NCBI GenBank assembly: GCA_964036045.1
Contig: OZ038378.1
Coordinates: forward strand, 166,780,001-166,844,000
DNA: 64,000 bases
From: Eutreptiella sp. 'Long Island Sound 2002'
Taxonomy: Eukaryota; Protista; Euglenida
Direction: 5' to 3'
In this document: in pieces, positions 36,801 through 48,006 of the stretch
Layout of the letters: each line of letters starts with the position of its first letter
How positions within the stretch are numbered: position 1 is the stretch's first letter
Position numbers and translations under genes: made by a program
The notes under the pieces: model-generated
The model's input: only the letters and a program-made list of their open reading frames with translations
Databases searched by the model: none
Told to the model about the DNA's origin: nothing

Positions 36801-39800
36801 AGGGGGTGGTGCTGGGGGAAGGTCATCTTGCGCGCATCCTCCCCGCCCTTGCCCCTGCCTTGTCCACCGCGTCCCGGCCCCTCGCAGGTCCTGAACCGGG
36901 CATCCCCCGCCGCCAACCCCTCCTCAGACCCGTCCCCTCACGCGGCCCCGGAGGCCCCCGTGCTCAGCCCCCCCATGGCCCCGCCAACCGCCCCTCGCCC
37001 TGCCCCGGTGACGTCCGAGCCCAGCGACATCGATCCCACCATCCTCAACGCCGACGCCAGGCCGGGCGCCAACCCCGACGCCGGCGCCGGCGCCAATGGC
37101 AGGGCGACGCCTGCGAGCGGCGCTTTGGGGGAGCTGAAGAACGAGCTGAACAAGATCCGGGAGATGATGCAGCTGCTGCACGACCAGTACGCCCACATGG
37201 AAGGCAATGCCGCACCGGCCGCCCCGGAGAGTCCGCAGCCACTGGGCCCGCCCCCCCCGCCCGCCGCCCGCCCTCCCGCGGAGTGTGACCGCCTCGCCGC
37301 GCACCGGAACCAGGAGCTCCGGCAGCGCCTGCTGCAGGATGAGCGGCAGCGCGCGCGCGGGGGCGCGGCGCCTCTGCGGGCGTCTCCGCGAGACGCGGCG
37401 GTCGCCAGCGCCAAAGGGAACCTTCAAGAAATCCTGACGCGGTATGGCAGGTCCTCGCAAGACACGGAATGCATTGCTGCATCATCCGACATCCGCGCAG
37501 CACCGCATGTCATGCATGACACAGTGCAGGCGGCACGCCCCACAGAGCCCAGTACTGCGTGTCTGCAGAGAAGCTCAGGGTTTCTTTAGAACGGGGTGTG
37601 TACGAAAGGAGGAGGGCCGCCGCCTGCCCCCGGACCACCACCCTCCTCCAGTACGAGGGGGACGATTGCGTTGGGACGAGTCACCCAGTCTAAGAGGCAG
37701 CATTTGGCTGTGTTGTGGATGTTGCTGTCTTTGGTGTAATGTTTGTTCGGGTCATTGCGATGGTTGCGAGGTGTGTGCGCGGTGCACACCATCACGGAGG
37801 AGCCCCACGTCTTTGGCTCTTGGGAGCGAATTTGGCGCGTCCTGCCACTGGACGCTTCAACGTCGCTTTTTTGAGATTTTGGATCCAGCAGTAAATTTGT
37901 GGCGATCACTGTTGGCCCCTGCTCCGTGGGCGCACCGTGCGCGCACTGCACGGTGGCGGCCCATCCCATCCTGGGAATGCACAACAAACGCTGATGTACC
38001 AGATTAGCGCCTCCAAAGAGGGCCATTCCTTTTGTGCAATGATTCTGACATAAAGAGAATGCAAATGGGCAATTACGCAGCCATGTTTCAAGCCATGCTT
38101 TGCGAGGTGGCCGTAACAGAGTTGAAAAACAGCCATTTTTCAGCCGGCAAATTGCCAAGTGTTCTCCACAATTTTTGGGACACAGAAGCAATGGAAATGG
38201 GACACAGAGGGAGGCCAGGAGGAGGAGAAGGGAGGAGGAATGGGAGGACCTTACAGACGTGCTCTGCGTCCGCTCTGGGAATTAAAGCCCTCCTGTCATG
38301 ATAACAATTTCGTGGACCTACTGAGCGGAGTACTAAAATCATTTCTCCAACATCCGATTTCAAAATAGAACCTTTTCCGCCATCTTGATTGCCGTACCAA
38401 AAGCTAACTTTAGTCGACTTGATTTCCCAAACGGAGCCAATGGCGGGACTCGGTGTATAAAAAAAGGTTAAAAACTGGTCATTATCAGCCTGATTTTGGC
38501 CTGATCATCTTGAAAGCTCACGATGCACACTGCTGCGCCAAGCTGGTGCTTCTCAATGGAAGAATTTCTTTTGAATGGTGGGAACAAAAAAACAATGTAA
38601 ATGGGTTAAGAAGGGGCGTGAGGAGGAAAAGGAGGAGGACCAGAACGATTTCATACCCTCGCTTTGCGTCCGCTCTAGTAGTAGTACTGATAATGGTCAC
38701 GCCTCTCATCACACCCCACACACCGCACACCAGCCACACATCGCATACCAGCACAGAACACGCACCGCATGCCGACACCCCTGGCAAAGGCGTGCATCTG
38801 CCGGCACCTGCAAGTCGCATGCATTAGTCTCCGGACATGACTCAACTGTGCAGACACGCCCACAGACAAACCCTGTGTTATGCAGCGGTGCCCCCGTTCC
38901 ATTCCATACGTTCTCTTTCTTTCAGCGTCAAATCCCCCGCAGCCAACGGCAAAGCCGGGGGCAGCAGCCCAAACAGCGGCTGCAAGCCCCCCCGCGCCGG
39001 GGCCAGGGCAGCGCCAAGTGCGACTGGGAAGTCGAAGATGGTTGTCGCCAGGTCCAAGTCCCCGTACAAAGACGCGCCCAAGGCCGCAGTCCGTCCTGCC
39101 AAAGGCAGCAAAAGCCCAGAGGCAGCGCTGGAAGTGTGGCCGTTGCTGTGTGCCTTTGGCCTTTGCTGCCCCCATTGCCAGTGCTCACTGCCCCAATCCC
39201 CGAACACCCAAATCCGCCAAACAGGGCGCGCCTTTTCTGTTGGCCGTAGGCGCTGAGGGGGAGGGAGGCGGGGTGGGGGTGGGGCTAGCACGACCCGATG
39301 GAGTGCAGAAGCCCACAGAGGGGGCCCACAGAGGAAGTGCAGGGCACCACTGCAGGGGAAGGAAGGAAGGTACCATGGACCTCTCACCCAATCGCCCGTA
39401 GGCGCAGGTCTAAGACGTGGGACCCCGGGACACCTCTCGCCTTCCTTGAAGAGCGTCCGTGGTCTGGGTACACCGGATGCCTGCCATCGGATACCCCGCG
39501 CGGATCTTGGCGGTCCTCGCAGTGTTCCTAGACAGGCACCCGTGCACTATCCCAGACCTTGTGGGGGGTGTACTGTATGGGAAATGGACGCCCCACCTCC
39601 CGAGTATCGCACAGGTCGGCACTGCTCTGATCCCTCGGGCACCGGGCGGTGAACTAAAGGCAGCTTCGATCCCACGACTGATGGCATGATAGCATAGGTG
39701 CTTCACCACTCGGACATCCAGCTCTCTTCTGCAGGGGGGCAGCTCTGGGGGTGGTCTGAGGGATTCAGGTGACGGGCCATACCTGTTCGAATGCCCGTCC

Positions 39801-42800
39801 GAAGAGGTGGCTTTGGTGTCCAGGACAGCCCTGCCCATGCCGGCGCCAGGGGTGTCCTTAAGAACCCCCATTTTGTTGGTGCTAAGGACAGCCCTTAAGG
39901 ACGGCCCCCAAGTACCACCAACCGTCAACCGCCACCAACTGCCAACCGTCAACCGCCGTCAACCGCCGTCAACCGCCAACCATTGCTCAGTCCTGTTTCT
40001 GTGGTCTTGTGTCTTGCCCATGTCTTGACCATGAATTTTCTGAGCCATGAGCCAAAACGTGGGTCAAGAATGTCTTTTCGGGTGCCTCTACCTTCAGCGC
40101 TCTCGTCCTTGAAGCATGCCCTCCGACGTGCTCTCAGGAGGTGCCCGACGCCGTGAGCACACCCCGCGATCCCGGCTCCCTCACCCCCCGCATGCAGCCC
40201 GACAACCTCTCCAGCGTCAGCAACGTGCCCTCCGAAGGCGGCAAAGGCGGCCCTGCGGCCTCTGCCCCCGACGCCGATCCCGCACCCAACGCCGCCGCCC
40301 CTGAGCCCATCCCCAACACAACGCCCCGCGGCCGCACGCCGGGCCCGGCCGCCACCAGCCCGGCCAAGAGCCCGGACCCGGCCCTGCCGGCCCCGCCGGG
40401 CGGCGCGGGGCTGCCGCCCCCGTCCCCGGAGCGCCCGGCGCCGCGCGCGTTCCGCATCTCCGTCGCCCCCTCGGACCACGCGCCGCCCCCGCTGGCGGAC
40501 GAGGCTGCCTTGGGGCCAAAAGAAAAACGGCCGCTGGCCGTTCCTTTGGGCTTGAGCCCTCCCAAGTCCACGGGCCTACCGCCCAGAGACAGCCTCCGAA
40601 AGAGCGTCGCGCTGGTAGTGCCGTCGGAGGACAAGCTGGTGGTGGTCTTGGGTGCCAAGGCAGAGGGCGGCTCGAAGGAGCAGCCGACGGGCGGCAAAAG
40701 TCCCTCGACCTCGTCGTCCGAAGAGATCATGGGCAGTGCTAAGTCCACGGATTGGTGTGCCTCGTGTGTCTGTTTTTTGTCACCGTCATTCTCGACGGCC
40801 GCACATGTGTACGCGGGGCCGTGCAACAGATGTGAGCGCTTGGCAATGTGAAGGAGAGTAGGCAAGGCAAAGGAAGCGAGGTGAGCGCTGGGCACCACAT
40901 GTGTGTCTGTGTGTGGGGGCGGGGGGGTTTAAGTGTCGCCGAACAGCGAAATAAGACTCATTTCGCTCTGGGAACCTCCCGCCGCATTCATGTTGACACG
41001 AAGTTGGGGCAGCGTGACAAGGGGACTGGCTAGCAGATCTCTCGAAAATTTATGAGTTGAGCCTACATCACTGCTCAGAATTGTCGAGCTTACTGGAAAT
41101 GAGACACATGTAGGCAGTGGTGCGGTGTGCGTCTCCCCTCTGGTCTCTGCACACGCGACGTCTGCCGCTTCAGTGTGTCAATGTGCGCAGATAGGTACCG
41201 AATGAATCGGTGTGCACAAGATTGTTGAGTGATTTGCCCTCCCGCCCCCTTTTTTTTGGTTAGAGAGCCTCCTTGAGGAATTGGACCCTTCAGGATTTCC
41301 TGAGGCAGCCCATTGTCTGAAAAGTGGACCCCATTGCACCCAAAACAAAAGCGAAAAGCCACCAACTCTCGTGCCAAGAGCTCAGATCTGTTCGAAGGGG
41401 TCACAGAAGAAAGCTGGAATGGGTTCTCTCCATTTCTTTGCCATCGGGTGGACAGATAACCAAGGGGTGAATTCTGTATGTCTTTGGGTGGGGGTCCTCC
41501 TCCTCCTCTGGCACAGAATCAGAGGTGACATGCCACTTGGAAAGACCGACTGAAAACGAGGCAGCTGAAGACCCCCAAGAGGCACCTCACCACCATGTGC
41601 AAAGGGGAACCAAGCGGCACGCAGTGCGCGGCATCTATATTTGGAGATCCCGGGGGCAAACTATCAGGAAACTGGCATGGGCCATCCCCTGGGCCTCCCT
41701 CTCTTCAATGCATTGAATTGATGCCTATTTCCTACCATTTTCCACTATCCTCCAAGTTTTGTCTTTCGCCCCCAGGCCTTGGGACAACATCAAGTCATGC
41801 TGTAAGTTGTGTAATTTTTTTTTGCTGTCACCGTCACTGTGTGTACGAAAAAAAATCGCCGCGTTGTGCAATTTCGCCGTGGCCCCTTGAGTTGGGGTGA
41901 TGGACTCCCACGCTTCGGTGTGGCCCCTGGAGTTGGGGTAATGGACTCCCACACTTTGGTGTGGCTCCCGAGTTCGGGTGATGCACTCCCATGCTTTAGC
42001 GTGGCCCCTCTAGTTGGGTTGATGGACACCCCATGCTTCGGTGTGGCCCCTCGGGTTGGGGTGATGGACTCCCACGCTTCGGTGTGGCCCCTTGAGTTGG
42101 CGTGCTGGAGTCCCACGCTTCGGTGTGCCCCTTGAGTTGGGGTGATAGAGTCCCACGCTGCGGTGTAGCCCCTTGAGTCACTGGTATGGATTCCCACGCT
42201 TCATCCACCGCCACATTTTCTGGTCATTGGTGATCATGAAAAGGGCCTGTGTTGGTTTCTTTGTGCCCTCAATTGTTGTCAACCATTGAGCTGTTTCACA
42301 ATTTTGGTTTGGACCCCCTATGCTCAATTTCATTCCTGCGCCCTTTTTTGAAGGGCCTCAAAGCCCTCAAATTGGCCACCAAGCACAAAGCCTTCGGTTT
42401 GCAAGGTGATGCTTGCTCTTGTAGTTTTCATAGCTTATACCTTATTATGGAGGTGGTTGACCATCGTGCTCCTCTTGCTGATCTTTCTTTCACCCCAATG
42501 CCAAAAGGCTTTGTGCTGCACGTGTTGAGCGTCATGAATGCCGATTGTGCTGTGCGGGTTGTACAACCCCTTGGTGACGTGAATGTGGGCCATAGCCTAA
42601 TCGGGACTCTTTTCTTGAGCTTAATTTTTTTTTCTAGTGCCAAGTCCCCATTACACTATGTGACATTATTACACTATGTTAAATTGGCCGAGTCCCATGT
42701 AATTGGTTGCCACCCAGGGTACTTGGTGCTTTGTGGACTCGGCGTCCCACCGTTAAGGTCGCTTTGGGGTGCCGTACAGATCTAGCAAGTGTGCACATTG

Positions 42801-45800
42801 CAAAATGGAACAATTTTTTTGAAAAAATGACACGCACTCACAAGGGGAAAAAATTGCACACTCCGACAATATTTACAAAATAATTAGATAGATGCATAGA
42901 TGTGACAGTCTACACCCAAGTGTTGCCCCCTGTGGTATCCTTCTTGATGACACACCTCACTCGTGTGAAGCCACAAGTCTCAAGATGGAGGCTAACATAG
43001 TTCTGGACCCCATGTCCATGTGCGCTGGTAGCTGTGGGGGGCTGCTGCACATGCCTAGCGCGGGAACACAAAAAAAATTTTGTTTCTACTTTTTCCAAAG
43101 AATTACACACGTTGACAGCAAAAAAAAATACACAAGCTGACTGTAAAAAAAATTACACAACTCGGCAATTTTTTTGTACACAACTTACATTTTCCACGCC
43201 AAGCCTACATCTTTCATTGCAGCCCCCCTACCCCCGCAGGAGTGACCCCACCAGCCTTTGTGGACCCCGATTGAGGTCTCCAATACGTCTTCAACTTGTT
43301 TGGGAAAATGGTTGCTCCAAGTGAGAAACTTTCACCTCTTTTTCCTGTTTTGGGGGCCTGAAGAAGCCTGCAACCTGCCTACAGCCTACTTTCCACTACC
43401 AGTGTAGCTTACTCCTGCATCACACAAACAGCAACAAGTGGCCCCCCAGACAGCTCAAAGTTGTCTGTATAACAAAAAATGGGGTGCAAAAATTTTGCTC
43501 ACTACACGGAGGGGGAGTGTTTTTTTCGTGCCATACCACCCCTAGAGGGGGGTGAGGTGCCATAATGCCTTGGTAAGTATGCCAGTTGGTACTTCCGCAT
43601 GTGCGCGCTGGTATGCTTTTTTAGAAATAAATTGTTTAATTGCTTGCTTTAAGCCACTGGGGATTGCTATTTTTCCTCAATGAGAGTTGGACAGTTGTCA
43701 CTCTGCTTACAAGTGCTGTTTCTGCCCTGTGGTGTCCCTCCCATACCGGCACCGGCAAGCTTCACACAAAGTCTTTCCCAAGTCTTCTTTCTGGGGAGGT
43801 TGGGGGCGGGGCGTTGCCACGAATTAATCCTGCGCCCCCCGCCCCCCACCCTGGGGACAAGCCTGCTGAGGTGTCAAAAAAAATCAGCAAACCCCGGGTG
43901 CCTTTAACAACCCGTGACCGTGAACACGTGGCCACGCTAGCCTTGGGATGTGTGCACAGGGGCAGGGCCATGCCAAACCCCCCCAGGCATGGAGCTGCTT
44001 TTGCCCACCCCCTTGCCCTTCACCGCTGCCGGGCCTTGCGTTGGGGCCTTGCGTTGCTGCAGGCTGACATGGAACAATGGGGAGTTCCAGATCCACAAGG
44101 CGCTCAAGCGGCCCCACGCCGATGAAGTCCGCGTGCTGCCCAAGCGGAACAGCCCTGTCAACGGGCAAGCACCGCCACCTTCTGAGGGAAATTGCGACAA
44201 ACCCGCCGCCTCGCCTGAGCTGGAGCCGCTGAAGGCCCCCGCCGCTTTCTTGCAGGAGCCTGCCCCTGAGGCCCGTGGCAAAGATGAGGCGTACACAGAC
44301 ATGATGCGCAGCCTCAACGCAGCACTGGACACGGCCGATAAAGGTGTGGGTGCTGAGCAGTGTCGAATGGCTTCGATTCGCAGTCGGCAGCGTGCGTGCT
44401 CCGTCGAAGTGGTACTGATGCGTGGACACGGAGTGCGCGGTGTCCACGTGAGTGTCCGGTGAGCATGCCAGGACCCATTTTCCATTTCTCGAGGGGGCAT
44501 ACAGCGTCCAATGGTGGGCCTTTGCACGTCCAGCCCAGCACGAGGCACGGGGAGTCTGCGCACGCATGGCGTTCGAAATCACGTTCTCGATTGAAACACA
44601 TTGCAATATTAACGGCTGGCAGATACACATTCGAAGAGAAAGTTTGTAAGCAGCACCCCACACCCAACTCCCTACCCCCCTTCCGACAAGGTCGCGTCGT
44701 TGAGCTGTCATGCACGTGACGCCTGAACTAGAGGTGCTTGGTTCGAATCCCACTGGAGCAGGAACGCAGTGTCCTAGGCGCTAGGGTGTCTGTGGCCCCA
44801 CGAGCCGGAAGGGATGCTGCGAGGGATCAGGAGGGTAACTTTACGCTGAAGCTTGGAGCACGCCCAAGTACCTGACCTGACCTACCCCCGTTTCAAAGCA
44901 GCCAAAGTTGGACAACTTTGAGCTGAAGGAGAGTCTGAGATTGCTAGTTCCTGGGCCGAGGGGACTTTAGAAAGGGGGCGAGGTCGTGTATGCGGCGGGT
45001 GCCAGCATCTGTAGAAGCGGAAGAGTGGGTAAGTGTAGGTGGATCGAAGCCCATGCCAACACCCTTACCGACGGCTCGAAACAGCTGAGCTGAAGATTTG
45101 TCGGTTCAGCCAACAGCAGGAGTTCAACATTCCGATGCATTTACATTTTACAATTCCACAGTCACGCACGCGTCCCATGCCCAATCCTGCACTACACGTA
45201 CAAACGTCCACTGCCGAACGCTTTGTGTCCAATTCAAGAATAGAACTTGAAACCTTTCAACAGCAGCAAATGTCGCAAATGCGAGGTACACATCAAACAA
45301 AAACCCACCGGTACCCATCCCCAGGGCTCTACCACGCCCATCGACTCGACCCAACCTAACCCGACCCATCGACCCGAAGCATCATGTCTGGAAGCACGCT
45401 GGGGGCATTGTCTTCCAGTGATTGCATCCGTGCCACACCCGCTCTGCGAGTGGAACAAGGTTCTTCTGTTGTATCAGCGAGCAATGAAATGTTGCATCCC
45501 GATTCCTTTAGTGTATTGACAAGTGGAGCTCGCAAATACGCCAACTTGCGTCTCAGGACCAGGGGGTTCCGGACTCCCAAGTGTTACGCATCAAAGGTGC
45601 ACCGCATTTCCAGGCATTTTGCCTGTGGTATCACTAGTGGGGGGGGGGGGGGTCATTGGGCAAGGGGTGGGGGTTACCAAAAGTGGACCAGTGCAGTGGG
45701 GCAGATGTTCCACTCTCACTCACAGAGCCCCACCCCCCGCCCCACACACACACTGTCCCCCCAGAACTGACCTCGACCAACAAGCAGGTCATACCAAAAG

Positions 45801-47299
45801 GCATGGCAATTGACCTGCCAGCCTTTGTGGAACAACGCAGCGGATTTCCGCACACCCTCCGTTCCCCTTTTGGGGGGAATTTAAGCGCAGTGCGCAGTGC
45901 GACTACTTGGGGCGTCTGGCCGTACTAGAGCCCCAGGGGTCCTGACGGTCGCGTGTACTCCCTCTCTCCACTGTTTTGGCTCCTGTTTCGTGTTTCTCTC
46001 CTGATCCTGACCAGGGCATGGTTTGGCGCTCCTTAAGGGGCATGTTTACATGCTTACTGACATTCGGTATGCGCCAACACGGTGGGTTTGGCACTTTTCC
46101 TGGGTTTTGTGAACTTTTGGTCCAATGCGCCAAAATTTCGTCCCTTTTTTTTGGGGGGGGGGTATGTGTATACTTTTTGAAATCTGTGAGAAGAGGCCTT
46201 TTCAGAAATGTATGGGTTGGGGGGAGGGGGGGTAGATGGTCACATTTTTGAGTAAACGAAGCTGCAAACTGGACGACGCACAAGACGGAGCAACGCTCGA
46301 GTGATTATTCTGAATCCGAATCGTCCTCATTGTTGCCGATATCCAGCCACTTTATTTTGTCATCTCTGATCAAAGCAGGCTTCTGCAGGTGGTCCAGATG
46401 GCCGCGTGGGGTGAATTTGTATGCGGACATGGTGTCTGCCTGTTGACAAAAAGAGGCAGCAGGCAGCACACACACCGTCCAAAAAGGACAAAAATCTCAA
46501 ACATATCTTCAGTACAGCATGCAGACCCAGGGTGTTCCAAATACCCCTTTTCAAGGGTTTTTCGAATATACCCCACATACCCCCCCCCCCCCCCGACGGG
46601 GCACACATTGGGCACAAATAAGCCAACAATGATGACAAGCAGCGAAAACCCACCGAGTTGGCGCAAAATGCAACGTCCCCAAGAGATATAATCGCTTTGT
46701 CACTTGCCATGTCAGTTTCTGCCAAGATCTTAGGCAACGCTGTGGGGACCCTAGTCTAAAAGTAGCGCGCCGTGCGCATGCAGTGCAAGGATTCCCCCTT
46801 TGGGTCGCGAGAAAAAACCAGTTTGGGCACCGTCTGCGCTTCAGCTGCACGCCTTTTTCGGGCCCAGTGGACCCCCCCCCCCAACGCTCCCCCTTCACTC
46901 CCCTTCAAAATGCAAGGCTGCCCCTTGGCCACTGCATTCGCCCCCGTCCCCACAGACGACGATGCGGACATCGACTGCGGTCTCACGGATCTGCAGTGCA
47001 CTCTGTCCAAGTTCGTGGACAACGGGCACACCCTCGATTTCTACGGCATGAACCGCGCCGACTCGCAGTTCTGCCGCACGGAGTTCCTGCGGCAGCATTT
47101 GGAGGAGCAGCTCGGGCTGGACGCCTTCCTTGGGGCCTACCGCCTGCTGAGCCAGTCCATCGACGGCGTGCAGGTGTTGCAAGGGGTGCGCAAGGTCCTG
47201 GGGGACGCCAACATGCGCTACATCCACTTGATCCGGCAGCTGCTGTACTACGAAGAGTGCGGCATGCAGCACCAGGGCCCCGGCATCGGGTGTGCGTAG
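24661..47299 (+). CDS. NEK: NIMA-related Ser/Thr kinase (NEK1-like with conserved C-terminal domain); 14 exons, ~1140 aa, first exon not located
   Basis: Exons 24661-24843, 25827-25921, 26928-27092, 28266-28330, 29123-29189, 31609-31684, 33464-33560, 34116-34254, 34616-35149, 36888-37441, 38926-39133, 40138-40754, 44063-44343, 46956-47299. All 13 introns are GT-AG and all phases join. Motifs: GSFG, Vx[75 protein letters not shown]-terminal [20 protein letters not shown]...[10 protein letters not shown]. Confidence 0.92.
24922..25340. repeat. Intronic MITE-like module of tandem and inverted gtaaatcccaa/tttact units
   Basis: gtaaatcccaa(c/a/t)ggc(g)tt occurs four times in direct orientation. 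The terminal gaaatctcagtgaagtcaaaggccattgggatttac is an inverted copy. Confidence 0.75.
25827..25921 (+). CDS. NEK: NEK exon: hinge (not in the ORF track)
   Basis: tcgcag|...[31 protein letters not shown]|gtgtgc. Confidence 0.93.
26502..26564. other. Intronic hairpin: 27-bp stem (1 mismatch, 1 G-U), 9-nt loop
   Basis: ccaacatatgtacctcaaaatgatcag tgcaacgtg ctgatcattttgaggtacgtacgttgg. Confidence 0.85.
26928..27092 (+). CDS. NEK: NEK exon: catalytic loop and DFG
   Basis: ccacag|[55 protein letters not shown]|gtactg. Confidence 0.95.
28266..28330 (+). CDS. NEK: NEK exon: activation/P+1 loop
   Basis: ttcgcag|[21 protein letters not shown](P)|gtatgt. Confidence 0.95.
29123..29189 (+). CDS. NEK: NEK exon: subdomain IX
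   Basis: tccacag|[22 protein letters not shown]|gtatgc. Confidence 0.95.
29293..29894. mobile_element. Intronic MITE-like element with tggctacat subterminal repeats
   Basis: gaatggctacat / atgtagccattc and cccctgccgtctcaggggccc / gggcccctgagacggcagggg are inverted pairs, with tandem tggc(t/c)acat units in the left arm. Confidence 0.7.
31609..31684 (+). CDS. NEK: NEK exon: subdomain X (not in the ORF track)
   Basis: gtgcag|[25 protein letters not shown](G)|gtacct. Confidence 0.92.
33464..33560 (+). CDS. NEK: NEK exon: subdomain XI
   Basis: gcacag|[31 protein letters not shown](R)|gtgtgc. Confidence 0.92.
34116..34254 (+). CDS. NEK: NEK exon: post-kinase linker
   Basis: ctctcag|[14 protein letters not shown]...SPVPAK|gtctgt; phase fits both neighbours. 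Confidence 0.8.
34616..35149 (+). CDS. NEK: NEK exon: Pro/Ser-rich region
   Basis: cgccag|ARNADAAV...AAPGGHQ|gtgtgg; GC-rich, phase 0/0. Confidence 0.8.
36888..37441 (+). CDS. NEK: NEK exon: Pro-rich region plus short coiled coils
   Basis: tcgcag|VLNRASP...[22 protein letters not shown]...LQEILT(R)|gtatgg. Confidence 0.85.
38926..39133 (+). CDS. NEK: NEK exon: basic low-complexity region
   Basis: ctttcag|VKSPAANGK...SPEAALE|gtgtgg; phase 2/0 fits. Confidence 0.8.
40138..40754 (+). CDS. NEK: NEK exon: Pro/Ala-rich region
   Basis: ctctcag|[10 protein letters not shown]...GSAKSTD(W)|gtgtgc. Confidence 0.82.
41801..43189. mobile_element. Intronic element with 13-bp terminal inverted repeats (TGTAAGTTGTGTA / TACACAACTTACA)
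   Basis: Perfect 13-bp inverted termini plus subterminal tgacagcaaaaaaaaa/ttttttgctgtca motifs. No TSD found. Confidence 0.55.
41879..42200. repeat. 41-bp minisatellite, ~8 copies
   Basis: Unit gtggccccttgagttggggtgatggactcccacgcttcggt with scattered substitutions. Confidence 0.92.
44063..44343 (+). CDS. NEK: NEK exon
   Basis: ctgcag|[17 protein letters not shown]...[17 protein letters not shown]|gtgtgg; phase 2/1 fits. Confidence 0.85.
44689..44760 (+). other. Degenerate tRNA-like sequence (candidate SINE head or tRNA pseudogene)
   Basis: B-box GGTTCGAATCCC at 44740-44751; A-box-like tcgttgagctg about 40 nt upstream, at tRNA-like spacing. The cloverleaf stems do not close. Confidence 0.45.
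46411..46689 (+). repeat. Dispersed repeat, copy B (copy A at 429-700)
   Basis: Collinear match to 429-700. Confidence 0.85.
46956..47299 (+). CDS. NEK: NEK terminal exon: conserved NEK1-type C-terminal helical domain
   Basis: ccacag|DDDADIDCG...[25 protein letters not shown]...[14 protein letters not shown]...GCA*. Confidence 0.92.
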
Positions 47300-47646
47300 G
47301 GCCCCCGGCAGCAGAGCCGTCCCAAGCCCCGGGAGGAGGAGTGCCCCATCCGCCTCCGAGCCACCCGCCCCGAAGTTGGCTGCCAAGCACGGGGCCAAAG
47401 GAGCCCCGGCAGCACGGCCCCCGCGCGGCAGCGGTCGGTCGCGCAGCGGGCACGCGCGGCAACGTGCTGCCCGCAGTGCGCGGTGGCTTTCCCAAGATGC
47501 GGATGTGGCGCGGCGTCGCCGGATTCGTGTTCGAGGCGCTGTGCACCGGAATGCGGGAGCGATTCCGGAGGGTGACGACGATCGCCAATATTACGTCCGA
47601 GACGCGGCCCCATCGGATCGCGCTTTTGGAGTTCGACGCAACAAGA

Positions 47647-47699
47647 GGGCCTGTGCACAAGGGGGGCCTGTGCACAAGGGGGGCCTGTGCACAAGGGGG
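47647..47699. repeat. 17-bp tandem repeat x3
   Basis: cctgtgcacaa starts at 47650, 47667 and 47684. Confidence 0.9.
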
Positions 47700-47723
47700 T
47701 TGGGGTAGTCTTTCTCCGTCCTC

Positions 47724-48006
47724 TCCCTCACCATCCCTCACCATCCCTCACCATCCCTCACCATCCCTCACCATCCCTCACCATCCCTCACCATCCCTCA
47801 CCATCCCTCACCATCCCTCACCATCCCTCACCATCCCTCACCATCCCTCACCATCCCTCACCATCCCTCACCATCCCTCACCATCCCTCACCATCCCTCA
47901 CCATCCCTCACCATCCCTCACCATCCCTCACCATCCCTCACCATCCCTCACCATCCCTCACCATCCCTCACCATCCCTCACCATCCCTCACCATCCCTCA
48001 CCATCC
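47724..48006. repeat. Perfect 10-bp minisatellite (TCCCTCACCA)n, ~28 copies
   Basis: Uninterrupted ccatccctca run. Confidence 0.97.

Noticed and set aside
44689-44760. Functional tRNA gene
   Set aside because: The B-box is good, but acceptor and anticodon stems do not pair; kept only as a tRNA-like or SINE candidate.
24661-47299. Euglenid-type non-conventional (non-GT-AG) introns
   Set aside because: All 13 reconstructed NEK introns and the LRR intron are conventional GT-AG.
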